A DNA stretch of 60,063 nt, counting the filler. It is 3 parts of 3 records of this genome, joined end to end, with 100 filler letters (N's around TTAATTAATTAA, not from the genome) between each part and the next. Parts side by side here need not be neighbours in the genome. Positions count along the whole stretch, not along the records: positions 1 to 20,550 come from SRR20825019_370; 2 more parts are not named here. One strand, given 5' to 3'. Position 1 is the stretch's first letter. The number at the start of each line of letters is the position of its first letter. Below are positions 1 to 12,073 of this stretch, piece after piece. Below the pieces are notes generated by a model, which saw only the letters and a program-made list of their open reading frames with translations, was not told the origin of the DNA and searched no databases. The position numbers were made by a program, and so were the translations under genes.

Positions 1-239
1 AGGTGAAACCCATCTTCAACAAGTCCACCTTTGACGTGGTGGTCGAAGGCACCCATTTGAGTCACTAGTCCCGCTGGGCGGCTTCCCGGGTCAGTCCCCA
101 GTGAGCCGGGCCCGGATGTTCACAGACCTCCTCAAGATAGTAACAAATTGATCCGCACACCCGTTAGCGACCGCTCAGGATGTCATTCCTTTGTTTATGT
201 ACTAGGCTGACATGACCTTGGAACGTAGCTCCGCCCACC

Positions 240-2246
240 TCATGTCGAAAAGTTGTTGAGTTCGTCTTCCAAAAAGGTATACTCAAACGTGAAGTCCGCC
301 TTAATCCGCTGACACCAACCACTTTCATAGTCGAAATAGACATATGTGCCCTGCTCGTACTCATCCGTAGTAACCTTGGGCTCCTCGTGCCGCTGGAACC
401 AAGTCAAATACTTCTTGTGATACCGCCAAGACTGCTTCTTAAGTTCCCGTGCAGCCAAATACTGCTGATAAGTCCCTTGCTGATAGTAAAACATGAAGAA
501 AAGCGTGTCAGTATCAAACTTCTGCTCAAATATCTGGGGATTATCAAAGAACAATGTCGATGGCTTAGTGGGGAAGCTCTGCGGAACTACACAAGGATTC
601 CGGGGTGCATATTGCTTGGGTCTATCGGAGTCATGGTGAGAGGGAAGTGCACCGAACGAAGTCTCTAACAACGACATTATCCGGCTGTGTTCTTCTTGAA
701 GAGCTTGGGGCGACATCGTGCGATCAGACAACGCAAGATCGCCTACGGTGCCCGCGAGATCATCAACCGTATCCTCAATTCCAGCAGGAGCCTGTCCGCG
801 ATTCTTTTGCAAACCCTCACTGTGCTCCTTCCCTGGAGCAGATGTATCCTGGCCTTGGGAAACATTAGAGTGTGAGAAGTCTGCACCAGCCCCTGGTGCC
901 ATTTGACCCCGAGCAGAACTAGCCGGGTGGCCGGGTGGCACCAAGCCACCCTGAGTCTTATCATCTCCGGCAGGTTTCGCCATGATATTCGAAAGAACAT
1001 CTACCGATCCACCAATACCCTTCACGTTGCTTGCAGCAACTTGACCATACGCTGGCTGGCCTGGGCGCAGACCACCAGGTATAGGAGCCGATGCTGGCTC
1101 CTTGGGAAGGGGAGCACCTCTGCCCGCAGTAACCTGGGCGGCATTCCGCTGAGGTTGTTGAATTTGAGGCTGTGCCGCTGCAGGCTGGGCGGGTTTCTCC
1201 GCTTTCTTCTCCTTTTCTACCTTCTTTTCCGCCTCTTTCTCTGCCTTCTTATCCTCCTTTTTGTCTTCTTTCGTTTCGTTCTGCTTTGCAGCGTGCTTTG
1301 CAGGCACGTTCACGGCCATACTACTGATTGTGAAGGCCTGCTTTCCCGTGGGCCCTACTGGCTCGTCCTTCTTATCATCTTTGTCATCATTGTCAACATA
1401 TGCACCAGACACAGATGTAGGGGCAGCGGGCTCCTCGTCCAAAGGAAGCGAATCGTATAGTTCATCGTCGTCAATGAAGTCGGCTTCTTGATTATTTTCT
1501 ACGTAGTACTCAACACCATCGCGGACATCGTTGAGTTCATCTACTGTAACACTATCATTTTCCAAATGGCGAAGAGCTAGTTCCAGCTTCTGCTCGTGGG
1601 TCTTATTTCTATCAATGGACACCATCAAATGTTGTCTCCGCTCAGAATTGTTATCGGTGTTTTGTTTTCCTTTCTTCTTGCCACTGGGAGGTGCCTGCAT
1701 GGATTCAAGCTCATTCTCGAAGCCGTCAATCTGAATCCGCAGCTGGTCCATCGCCGCTGTAACCCACTGTCTGACCTCATTTTTTGCAACAGCATTCGGA
1801 TCCCCCTTTGCAGCCTGCGCCAACCCTTCCTTCGAATATGCTTTTGTTTTTGTTTCTTTCTCGCATACTTTGAAGCGTTCCATTTCCTTCACCCAAATAG
1901 TTAGTCGAGAGAAAGTGAAGGCAGATCTGAAACTCACCTGCTCAATGGTTTTCCTTGCCGCAAGCAAGTCTTTCTTGTCTTTCACCTCAGATGATGCAAT
2001 CCATGTCTTAATCTGATCTCTGAAGCGCTGAAGCTTCTTGATTTCCTTCTTAAGATCAGCTTCATACTTCTCCTTTTGGTTTGCATTCTGCGCAGAGTAT
2101 ACTTTATCCCAGATCTCGTTGAAGATCTCTACACCCTCTTTGACCTTCTTGAGGACACGATCTATTTCGGCTGCAAAAACGCTCAGTCAGATTCCTACCA
2201 ATACAACAAAGGAGACTCATGTACTTTGTAACTTTCTGTGTGCCAT
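240..2246 (-). CDS. NOT3: CCR4-NOT complex subunit NOT3/CNOT3 (3 exons)
   Basis: Spliced N-terminus MAHRKLQTEIDRVLKKVKEGVEIFNEIWDKV..QKEKYEADLKKEIKKLQRFRDQIKTW is the Not3 N-terminal domain. C-terminal NOT-box DTLFFMFYYQQGTYQQYLAARELKKQSWRYH. GT-AG introns at 2224-2171 (54 nt) and 1937-1887 (51 nt, CTAAC branch site). Confidence 0.95.
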
Positions 2247-2354
2247 TACAAACAATGGGTCTTGCAAATGGAAAAGTTTTAAACATAAATATACCTAAAA
2301 AAGAGTGAGAAGGATGTACCAAGAGGCACCTATGGTCCAGCTTCCATCAACACC

Positions 2355-3140
2355 TCGCCCGGTCACGAAAACAGGCACACCACCGCCACGGCGCTCTGGG
2401 GGCGGTCAGTGTCAGTGCCCGGGGGTCTGTCCGGCCACCGTCACGCGCTCAACAGTCTTGAGTGAGGCGCCCACGATTGTCGTGGTGGCATGCCACACTC
2501 ACATTGACAATCCTGAGTTTCTTTGCTCGATCCCATGCGAAGTCACGCTTTACACTTGAATCAAACTTAGCAGAAGTTCGACCGCATACTGGAAACAATC
2601 TTGAATCTTGATATAATGAAGGAACAGGACATCCTTGTCTTGCATAGAGAATTTTGGTGTTTTCCAACGGTTCCACCAGCAGTTCCCGGACTGCCCACTT
2701 GTGCAGCCTTCTGGGCAGGATGATCATGTAGTCGTTGCACTGCGCAAGTGGGAGTGCTCGTCATGGTCGGTGTCACTTGACAAGTCGACACCACCCCGGG
2801 CCGCCCGTCCGTCGTCCCCCCTGGCGCGCCGCGTCGCGCCCGCCGGCCGCGGGGCCGGGGCCCATGGACGCGAGGCCACCAAAGTGCCTGGGCCCGCACG
2901 GGGCCGCCGGCCGGGGCCGGCCCGCTGGCCCCCGGCCGCGCCGCCGGCCCCATCGCGAAATGCAGCGGGGTCACTGCAAGTCCCAGTCGTGACGGCGGCG
3001 CCTGGACGCGTCCCTTGGGGCCGGGGGCCCCGGCGGGGCCCCTGCCACCTCGGCCACGCAGTGGGCCAGCTCAGTGGCCAGGCCCTTGACATTGGCGTGG
3101 ACCGGCTGGGTGAAGCAGGCACAGTGCACCGTCACCCTGG
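2355..3140. promoter_or_regulatory. GC-rich intergenic islands between divergent NOT3 and the unknown gene
   Basis: Extremely G+C- and CCGG-rich tracts (~2355-2490, ~2750-3140) with repeated GTCAGTG/GTCACT motifs, upstream of both start codons. TATATAAA at 3181-3188. Promoter role is inferred. Confidence 0.5.
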
Positions 3141-3312
3141 CAGACGCTTCATCTCTTACGCTGCACGATTGGCAACTCCTTATATAAATCAGAACGCATG
3201 ACTCATGATCACACGCAAAGATTGATCAGCATGTCGATGCTATGGAAGGTATTGTAGCAACCATGATATTAAACAGTTTTTCTAAACTTAGCTGCAGCTT
3301 GACCCACCGGAG

Positions 3313-4325
3313 ATGCCTGGAGGGCAAACCATGTGCCATGTATGTTTTCACCCCTCTTCATAGCCGGCGCTCACCCTGTTTCTTAGCTCAATGGTACGTG
3401 GAGGCAAGTAGTTGAAAAGGAGAAGGCTACAATTCGAGATAGTGAAAAAGCCAAAGTTCAGTTAAGAATGGATGAGATTGCCGACAAGAATATGCTCCGC
3501 AATGAGAGACTCAAGGATATGATGAAGAAGCATGAAAAAGTGAGTGTGGATGGAGACTAATCAAGCGATAAACTGATTCTTTGCTAGGTGAAGAAAGAAG
3601 TTTGTAACTTGAAACAAGATAAGATTCTCAATCAAAACGTGGACATCAGCATGCTTGAGTATGAGATGCACTCTAAGTTGAGGCAAATGCATGAAAAGCA
3701 AAAGAAAAAGGAAAGTAGGAGAGGGCTTAGGAAGTGGGAGGCGGAGTTTACAAGGAAGTTTGAGAGGGAGAAGAACTGCCAATGGGAGCAACCACCACCA
3801 CCTGATCCCTTCAAGCCCCCGGTAAAGGCAGGAGGGATAGCGCCAACAGCAAATGGTGTGCATTGTCCCGTGACGCTGAGCCCTAATAAGATCTCCATGA
3901 GTAAGAAGTTTGCAATGGACGGTTATGACAAAAATGCTGCACGCCAAATGTTCATGGAGAATGAGATCCTCCGTAAGGCTAATCGAGACAAGTATACTCG
4001 TCCCACTTGCGTCATGGTCACGTGTGGCCTCATGTATAATTCCCAAGAAAAAGTACCTAGCTTCCGACGATGCCAATCAGCAGAGCCCCGTAGACGAAAA
4101 GAAACTCGGAGTAAGACCCTCTCTCCATATGAGCTCGCTGCTTTGGAAGCAGACTTGAATAGACAGTCGTGGCACAAGGCAACTTGCGGCCCGGTGTTCT
4201 GTGAGTTGACTCACGATGACAAAGCTGCCCTCCGGCCTGGAAGAAGGCCTAAACACGTGATGCAAATGGAACGTGGCCGGGGTTGGCAAAGAGCTTCAGT
4301 CTTTGAACACGAGTCTTGGAGGTGA
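3313..4325 (+). CDS. Hypothetical eukaryotic protein (charged/coiled-coil N-half), 3 exons
   Basis: Continuous frame MPGGQTMCH|LNGTWRQVVEKEK..MMKKHEK|VKKEVCNL.. after removing GT-AG introns 3340-3386 (47 nt) and 3540-3587 (48 nt); joins ORF 3588..4325. No recognisable family. Confidence 0.7.
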
Positions 4326-4399
4326 AGGGTCTATAGCATGTATGAACAGTCAAACATGTACGGTAGGCTCAAGTAAGGCCATCAAAGGTTGAATGGTCA

Positions 4400-5020
4400 T
4401 CGCGGACGGGTGGATGGGTAGTCACTAGCCGCCATGACCGGTCCGGCCGGCAGGCGGCGGCGGCGGCCTCCGAACCGTCTCGTTTGGGCGTGAGCAGGCC
4501 CGGCCCGGACGATGCTGCCTGAGGCGCGGGCCAGTCTGCTCAGCACAGGAGTTCCCCAATTGGGAAGTCAAAACTTGACATATAAGTTTCGAGGTGGATC
4601 AGCAGGATTGAACGGAAAGCCATCCAAGGCGGGGTTCAGTTGCTGTGCTCCAGCCATCACACACACCGGGTGAGTGCCCGCCGGCTGCGGGCCGCCGCGT
4701 CGCTTGCCGTGGTGGACCGCAAAATTCAACTTTGTTGCTCGCATCGTCGGCGGGTGGCCCGCGAGTCGCGTCACTTGTCCGGGCCGGCAGGGGGTCCGGG
4801 CCGGCCCCGCGGGCTCCGGGCCGGCCCGGTAGCTGGTACAGTCGTCACCGCCGGTCAGGTCGCGAAACCGGCCCATCCGGTGCGAGTGACCGCGCCGGTT
4901 TTGGCCACGGCAGGCCCGGCCGGGACGGACGTCAGTCAGTGACCGGGGCCACAGCCCCCCGAGTGCAAGTACGGCGTGGTTCCCCATGTTCGCGGCGTTT
5001 CGGCGGCGCGTCCGACTGAA
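4400..5020. promoter_or_regulatory. GC-rich intergenic island upstream of the MORN gene
   Basis: GC-rich tracts with GTCACT (4421, 4770), AGTGAC (4885), GTCAGTCAGTGAC (4931); TATAAA at ~5161. Confidence 0.5.
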
Positions 5021-5206
5021 ATTATTCGGGGAGAGCAGAATGCTACTATGGGCGGACTATGTACCACTCATGATGACCGGCCTTTTCGCAGGCACACCAG
5101 GCGCACAGCCCTTCGGGTTGCTGTGGAGCAGATATAGCCAAAGTGCTCGCCGAAGAGCAATATAAACTCTCGTTTAACACCAAGTGGAAAGATTAATTTC
5201 AAAGTT

Positions 5207-7348
5207 ATGGAAGGTCACGAAGATCACGAACAACTAACGAGCGAGCCTAGTCTGGAAGGTGGACTTATGGAACAAACACATGCAGAACGGCCAGAGGAAC
5301 CACACGAAGATATCACGCAGGAACTGTCACAAGTGGATCCTCCCACAGCACAGGAAATATTGGCCAATGGTGTCCCAACAGACCAGAGGTCTGACTCACC
5401 CATTGTGATTGACCACAGTGACCCTGAAGCTCAAGGCGTCGCCATTCCCGACACACTTGAAAAAAGTCGCCCTGATGACGTCAGGTTTGTTTGGGCCAAT
5501 GGCTCTGTTTACAAGGGGGCCGATTTTCACGTGAAGAGTGTTCGTGGAAATGGTGAGTTTGTGTATCACAACGGAGACCGATACATTGGCGAGTGGAGGT
5601 GCGGTGTCCGCCAAGGCGCCGGAAAGTACGTTGCCATCGATGGATCTGAATTTGAAGGTGCGTCGCTTGATGGTCTGTCCATCCACTTCTCTAATTACAT
5701 GATAGGAAACTTTGCTGGAGGGATGCCTGTGAAGAAGGGAAAGTACATTGATAAGTCGGGTGTTATGGTAAATGTTCCGTTCGTGCGGCAACATCATCAG
5801 ACCTCTCATCCTTTTTACAGTATGATGGACAATACAATACCCAGTCGGAACCCCATGGCATGGGGACGCTGATGTGGGCGGATGGGTCGGTTCTAGAGGT
5901 CTGTGTTTAATGCTTTGATATCCGTTTCCAGCCGATCTGAGTTGTGACGATCAGGGAGAGTTCAAGGAGGGAGTACCAGACGGTCATTGCAAGTACACCA
6001 GTCGCAAAGGGACTTACGAAGGAGCTGTGCGTGGGGGTAGGAAGGAAGGTCGCGGGATTTTCAAGTATGCCAACGGTGATATATACGATGGATGGTGGAA
6101 ATATGATAAGTAAGTTCATGGTGTCTGTTTAAGGTGCTTCTGACATAGCCTTCTCCAGGCGGCACGGTGAAGGGAGTTACAAGACAGTTCACCCACCAAC
6201 ATTTTACAAAGGAATGTGGGAAAAGGGAAAGATGCATGGCAAGGGAAATTTCACAGACCCTGCCTCCAATACATATACCGGTGAATTCACAGATGGCCAA
6301 ATTACTGGAGAGGGTACCATGGAGTACAAATCAGGGCATAGATACAGTGGGCAATTTCGTAATGGTCTCCGTTGTGGTGAAGGGAAGATGGTCTATCCGA
6401 ATGGTGATCGATACACGGGCGGATGGTACGATGACTTGTGGCATGGAAGTGGAATTGTTGGAAGGAGGGACGGACGCAGCCTGGCATCAGAATTCAGCTT
6501 TGCCGCTATTGATGGGTCGATCAAGTACACCTCAGAACATGGAGAAGTGGTATGTCATAAAGCCTGTAATTGGAGAGGGGCACTCACACGCATGAATGAA
6601 AAGTTCAAAGGAAACGTGGATGCGAGGGGCATGCGACAGGGGCATGGGTTGTTGAAAGATAGCAACGGAAACACTTACCTGGGAGAATTCAAGGACAACA
6701 TCAGGCAAGGTCAAGGATCGTGTCAATTCCGAACGGCAAATACGTAAGTTTCCATTAGGGAAAAGTGTGCATTCGTCTTATGCATGAGCAGATATGACGG
6801 TCAGTGGAACGATGGCCAAATGGAAGGGCAAGGCACCATGAACTACAAGAACGGAAGGGAGTACAGTGGTCAGTTTGCCAATAATAAGAGAAGTGGTGAT
6901 GGCATTCTTAAGTTAAGGAATGGCGATATGGTAAATGCAATCGGATTCGGACGAAAAAGGGTGCCTGACATGTTGCTGTAGTACAAGGGAGGTTTTGAGA
7001 ACAACATGAGGACAGGATCCGGCACATACGAATACACAAATGGTGACTTCTTCCAAGGAGAGTACCTGGCAAACCGTCGTTATGTTGGTACGTTTGATGC
7101 GAAACTAATGAATGAAAATGATTTAATTTCGCGCTACAGGCTCCTATCTAGAGAAAAGGACTGGACATGTTGAGATCATCGACTATTCCGACTCGATTGC
7201 AGGTTGGGGGAAGGACATGGATGTTACTCGAGTGTCGAAAACCGTAAAAGACCACCCTGCCAAGATCCTGTCAAACGAGGTGTGTACAGCAACTATGATA
7301 GCTGTGAGGAGACTGACCCGAGTTCAGGAGGCGAGAGAGTTGTCATAA
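5207..7348 (+). CDS. MORN repeat-containing protein (multi-exon)
   Basis: Many YxGxWxxGxxxGxG repeats across ORFs 5207, 6214 and 6784. Short GT-AG introns, e.g. 5658-5705, 5768-5820, ~5899-5953. Stop TAA 7346-7348 inferred by manual splicing. Confidence 0.88.
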
Positions 7349-7455
7349 TGATATCAAACCATTTATTGCGGACAAGAAGAACATGCTCTCACCGCGAGAA
7401 ACTTATTCAATGCCGAAAATATTCTAGATCTGTTCCAAGCTCAGGCCGCAAGATT

Positions 7456-8679
7456 TTACTCCTCGGCTGCCTGGTTCCCACGACGGCCCATAATGGACTC
7501 CAAATCGTAAACAATGTTTCCGGCGACCAACAATACGAACCCAACAAGCTGGAGGAAGTTCCAGTTAGTCCACGGCGTCCCGACACCCTTGGTGTGATCA
7601 AAGATGTTGAGCTCTTTGTTCAAATAGTAGAAGCCAGTCATGAAAATCCAGATGAGGATGGTACGCAGGCAATCAATCAAAGCACGAGCAAGAGAAGACA
7701 CATGCTTGGTCACAGACACACCAAAGAAGTTGTAGAAAGCAATGGAGAATGAACCACAGAGACCCAGAACAATAATCCAGTAGTTGTTCTTCATCTGCAG
7801 CAGAGCGTCGTAGGCGTTGTCATACCTACCGCCGTAGTACAGGGCATCATCACCGGTCTTATTGTCGGGGGAAGGTACGAAATAGCCAATTGGAACCAGG
7901 GCAATAACGGTGAACAGAAGACCCCAGAAACCCTCCCATCCCACTACCTGAAGAGGAGGGTAGGACCTCTTCTTAAGAGCAACTTCCTCCAAAACAAACT
8001 GCACGGCGTTCATGAACATGCCGGTCAGCACAAAGGTAATGCCAATCAAGTAGTTCTTAGCAGAACCGCCAAAGCCAGTACCTCCCTCAGTGGTCAACTG
8101 CTCACCGAGACCAGAGCCAGCAACGCACAACAAACCCAAGCACACAATGGCCATGCCAGCATAGTTGTACAAGTTAAGGCGGCGGCGAAGGAATATAAGA
8201 GACAAAAGTCCAGTGAACACAATGATGGAGGCACGCATCATCTGCCACAGGGGGGGAGCAAGGTAGAGGAGAGCAATACCAGAAAGAGTAGATCCAACAA
8301 GATCACACATGGCAGGGGGGAAGAGAACGAACGGGTTGAAGCACATCTTCTTTTGCGACTCATCTTCAACTGTCACTTCTTCTTCGTCAAGGAGAGGCTT
8401 CTCCACGTCATTGCTCCTGGACTCTTCCAACCGCTGCCGAGAACCGAAAAGGCCCCCAACAAGGCTGAGGATATAAAAGGCTGCCAAGCACAAGAGCTCT
8501 CCGCCAAACATGAAAAGAGTTTGGACGAAAGGATGATTGAAGTTGTGTTTTCCGTACTTCTCGCGTTCAATACCGTAAGCATTGGCTTGAATTTGAAGAC
8601 CCAGGAAAATAGTATTGGCGGCACCGGTTATCACCATGCCAACAATAAGCACGAGCTTGAAGGACAAACTGATCGCCAT
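7456..8679 (-). CDS. SLC35F6-like nucleotide-sugar/DMT-superfamily transporter
   Basis: 407 aa, ~10 hydrophobic helices; motifs FNHPFVQTLFMFGGELLC, PAMCDL, QMMRASIIVFT, VVGWEGFWG, SIAFYNFFGVSVTKHVSS..R..ID.LRT typical of SLC35F6. No coding intron needed. Confidence 0.9.
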   Translation of the reverse strand: MAISLSFKLVLIVGMVITGAANTIFLGLQIQANAYGIEREKYGKHNFNHPFVQTLFMFGGELLCLAAFYILSLVGGLFGSRQRLEESRSNDVEKPLLDEEEVTVEDESQKKMCFNPFVLFPPAMCDLVGSTLSGIALLYLAPPLWQMMRASIIVFTGLLSLIFLRRRLNLYNYAGMAIVCLGLLCVAGSGLGEQLTTEGGTGFGGSAKNYLIGITFVLTGMFMNAVQFVLEEVALKKRSYPPLQVVGWEGFWGLLFTVIALVPIGYFVPSPDNKTGDDALYYGGRYDNAYDALLQMKNNYWIIVLGLCGSFSIAFYNFFGVSVTKHVSSLARALIDCLRTILIWIFMTGFYYLNKELNIFDHTKGVGTPWTNWNFLQLVGFVLLVAGNIVYDLESIMGRRGNQAAEE

Positions 8680-8989
8680 TTTCGTGTAAACCTAACGATC
8701 ACTTCTACCACATTCACTTGCGCAGGTGGCAATCATATATGTGATGAGGAAAGCGCCTGTGGTCGCACTATTCCGCCGGGCCTGATGTGTGACGACAGAG
8801 AGGTAGGTTGGGTGAGGGCGCCACATGGCGGGCAAGACCGGAAAATAACATGCGGTGGTGGAAACCATGACGGTCTGGGCTTCAATGGGTAGAAGAGTTG
8901 GCCCCAAACCCGAACCCTAAGGTGTGAACGAACTTGTGGGCACGACAACCTGATGTCATCAGTTGGTCATGAACGGAATGAACTGGCTA

Positions 8990-9620
8990 GGAGGGCACCC
9001 GGGGCGCTGGGCCAGAGGTGTCAGTGAGTGTCGTGCCGGCTGACGGAGATGAGATTGCGCTGTGGCGTCCCTCACTTTCCGCCGGGGTCGTCCGAGTCTC
9101 ACATTGATGAGATGTCGGGCGGGTCGGCTAAGTTTAGAACCACCGCCCGACTGCGGTGACTGTTGACAAATAATCGCAGTCGTGCCGGTTTACGTAAAGG
9201 AAATCTGTGGCCTCTCCTCGAGCGATCTGGGGACCCTGAGATGCGATCTCGTGGCCCTAAACCTCACATCGCGGCCGCCCGGCGGACTGCTGGCCCGGCT
9301 CCGGCGGCCGGGCCCGGCGGGGGGCCGCCGCACTGATGAGGCGGTCAAAACCGGCAGTCCGGCCCGGGGTGCGGGGCCAGGAGGCGGCGGCGGCAGTGCG
9401 GATGCCCGCCGGGGCCCATGCCTCACTGTCTGGCGGGACCGACCGGGCGCGGGCCGGGGGGCGGCCCGGGTCGGCCGCGCCTACGCGGCCAGTGGCCCGC
9501 GCGGCGCTCACGCCCTCCCATTCGGTAACGCCTGGCTTAGCGAGCAGCACGATGAGAGAAGAATGCCGGAGTGGAAATGCGGCGGCGCCCCGCAGGCCGG
9601 CAGGCGTGAGCTTGCCCTCC
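8990..9620. promoter_or_regulatory. GC-rich intergenic island (divergent SLC35F6 / RCC1-repeat genes)
   Basis: Very GC-rich 9270-9620; GTCAGTGAGTG (9019), GGTGACTG (~9155), CACTGA (9331), CTCACTG (9422). Confidence 0.5.
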
Positions 9621-9721
9621 GCTGCCATCCTTTTTAGAAGCCGTCTCATTAACACTATGAAGAGTACAGCCATTCAGTGCCAAAACCTGCGCCACAACCT
9701 GTCGTTTCCGTCTCCTTGGCT

Positions 9722-12045
9722 ATGACCGAACAGGAGAAGAAAGGAGAGACGGGCGAAAGGAGCTCATGGAGTGGCGTAATATCTTCAGCGTCGGCTGGTT
9801 TTTCGCACTGCATGATGGTGACCGGAACAGGAGATGTTTGCTCTACTGGCTGGAACCTGTATGGGCAACTTGGTCACGCAGTCGACTATGACATGTGTGT
9901 ACCTCGATGTATTCAGGGCTTTAAGGAAGAGAAACAGAAGGTGTCCGCTGTGAGCGGCGGATGGATGCACTCCATGGCGCTCACAGTGAAGGGTCAAGTG
10001 TATACCTGGGGGAACGATAAGAAAGGACAGTGCGGTCATAATGGCGAACATGCAGACAGTTCAAAGCAAGGTGAGAGCTCAGAGGGTCATTCCCATTGAG
10101 TCTGATGAGTGCGCCTTGCAGTCCCGCGTATTGTTTCAAAGCTTCAAAATGAGTTCGTTGAGTGTGTGGACGCTGGCAGGGAGCATTCAGCAGCAGTGAC
10201 AGCAGCAGGGAAGGTTTATGTATGGGGAGCAATTCCTGGGTACGAAGAAATTGAGAAGGAGCCTCTATTCTTGTTTGAATTGCAAGACAAGGTATGCAGT
10301 GCATTACAGTGTACGGCAACATTGTGATCTAACATCGTGCACAGATCGTTAAGTCGGTATCGTGTGGATGGTATCACACCGGAGTCTTAACTGAAGAAGG
10401 ACTGGTGTACATGTGGGGAAATGGGTCATTCGGCAGGCTTGGGCTTGGCCGTGAGGCCAATGAGCGGTCTCCAACGCTAGTGGAGTCACTATACGGAAAA
10501 AGAGTAGCTGTTCTGTCGTGTGGATTTTCTCATTCCGCTGTAGCGCTTGGTGAGTGAGATGCCGATTATATAACACTTGACAGGTTCTCATTTTCTCGTA
10601 GATGATGGATCTTTGTACACATGGGGCAGCGGTGCGTTTGGACAGCTTGGCCATGGGTCGGAAACTTCGTACAACACACCGCACTGGTGCGACAGACTGA
10701 AATCCATGAAGGTGGTCGCCGTGTCGTGTGGCTTTTCGCACACTTTGGCGTCTACAGGTGGGCATATGTGATGACCTTTGCCGGCGTGAGGCGATCCAAC
10801 TGAGACACGATTTTATCAAGATGAAGGCGAGTTGTATGCATGGGGTAGCGGTGAATTTGGAAAACTGGGCCTAGGGTCTGAGGAAGGTCGCTCAGTGCCT
10901 ACACATGTTCACGTAATGTCACTCTTATTCTAGATGTACTTTGTGTCTTATAGGGCTTCAGGCTTGCCGCGAAAGGAATATTCGTAGCGTTTCGGCAGGT
11001 TGGAATTTCTCCTTGGTAGTAACTGCAACAGGGGAAGTGTTGGCTTGGGGACAGGGGGAATGTGGGCAAATTGGGAATGGAAGCGTGGAAGACATTACCC
11101 TTCCGTCAAGAATGCAACTGTCGGACATAAATTGTACACCTTGTAGAGAGGATGCCACGGAATTAGGTCGTGAGGTGTGTTCCGTCCTGAAATGATATTG
11201 CATTGGCTGTAAGCTCACTTCTACTGCAGTCATTCCCACGTTCACCAAATGCCAATGCCAGGAAAAACACCCTGCCAGCTGTGGACGACTCAGCTGGGTT
11301 GCGCACAGAACTCATCAAGACCAGTGAGAAGCTCATGAAGGTGAACGCAGCCATCTATGTTGTGTTGGCTGAAGTCCTCAAGTTGTCTCTATCAGGCTGA
11401 GGCGTTAGCTGAGGAATTTAAAAAGGAGGCCGATAAGTGGAAAACAGAGGCCTTGAAAATTAGAAACGAGAATGCCCGCTTGAAAACAGCAGCGGATGAA
11501 GCAAAAGCAGAGGCTGAAAAGCATAAGGTTGAGCTCAAGCAGATCAAAGCAGAACGCTTTATGTCGAGTCTGAGCCCCAACGACAAGAGCGGCGGAGGGA
11601 TGGCAACACCATCACCAGTGAAGGGCGGCATGCAGCCAAGGGCCAGCACGGCGACCATTGTTCGAGGGGTAAGCTGCCAATCTGACCGGAACATATACCC
11701 TGTCTGACTCTCCTACAGAGAGACATAATTGCTCAAGAAGGGCCCCTCCCCTCCCCTAACCGAATCTCGAGTCCGTCAATTGCAGATCAGTCACCCAACT
11801 CTGAAATGTTACAAAAGTCCAAATGGAAGCAACGAATCACCAAGTGGAAGAATCGGAGGAATTCAAGTTTGGATTCTTCGGCAACAAATGACTCAGACTT
11901 TCATAACGGGGACGACACTCCAGAACGGCGTCCGGGAACTGGAGTTTCGCCAATTCAGTACAACCAACCAATACCTGAGAATGGTTCAGGAATGACTCCA
12001 GAGCGAAAGAAGGGGCTTGTGTCCAAGCTCAAACGGAATAAATGA
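9722..12045 (+). CDS. RCC1/UVR8-like repeat protein with C-terminal coiled coil (multi-exon)
   Basis: Repeats of S[AC]GxxHS..GxVYTWGxxxxGQLGxG across ORFs 9677, 10109, 10577 and 10941; coiled coil in ORF 11357; short GT-AG introns between them. Start and end by manual reading. Confidence 0.85.
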
Positions 12046-12073
12046 GGATTCCGTCCTGCATATCCCATGTGAC

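Noticed and set aside
1-70. Possible gene fragment at window start
   Set aside because: Too short; plausible on either strand.
2567-3201. Overlapping Pro/Gly/Ala/Arg-rich ORFs in GC islands (also 4568-5019, 9182-9725, 13503-14058)
   Set aside because: Stop-codon scarcity in very GC-rich DNA; several frames open at once with no domain signal.
5095-5131. SRP RNA call from CCAGG..GAGCAG
   Set aside because: No GNRA-capped short helix 8, helix 6 or Alu domain visible; kept only as an unassigned hairpin.
8905-9262. Telomere-like words (GAACCCTAA ~8912, CCCTAAAC ~9255)
   Set aside because: Isolated imperfect single copies; insufficient for a telo-box or telomerase template call.
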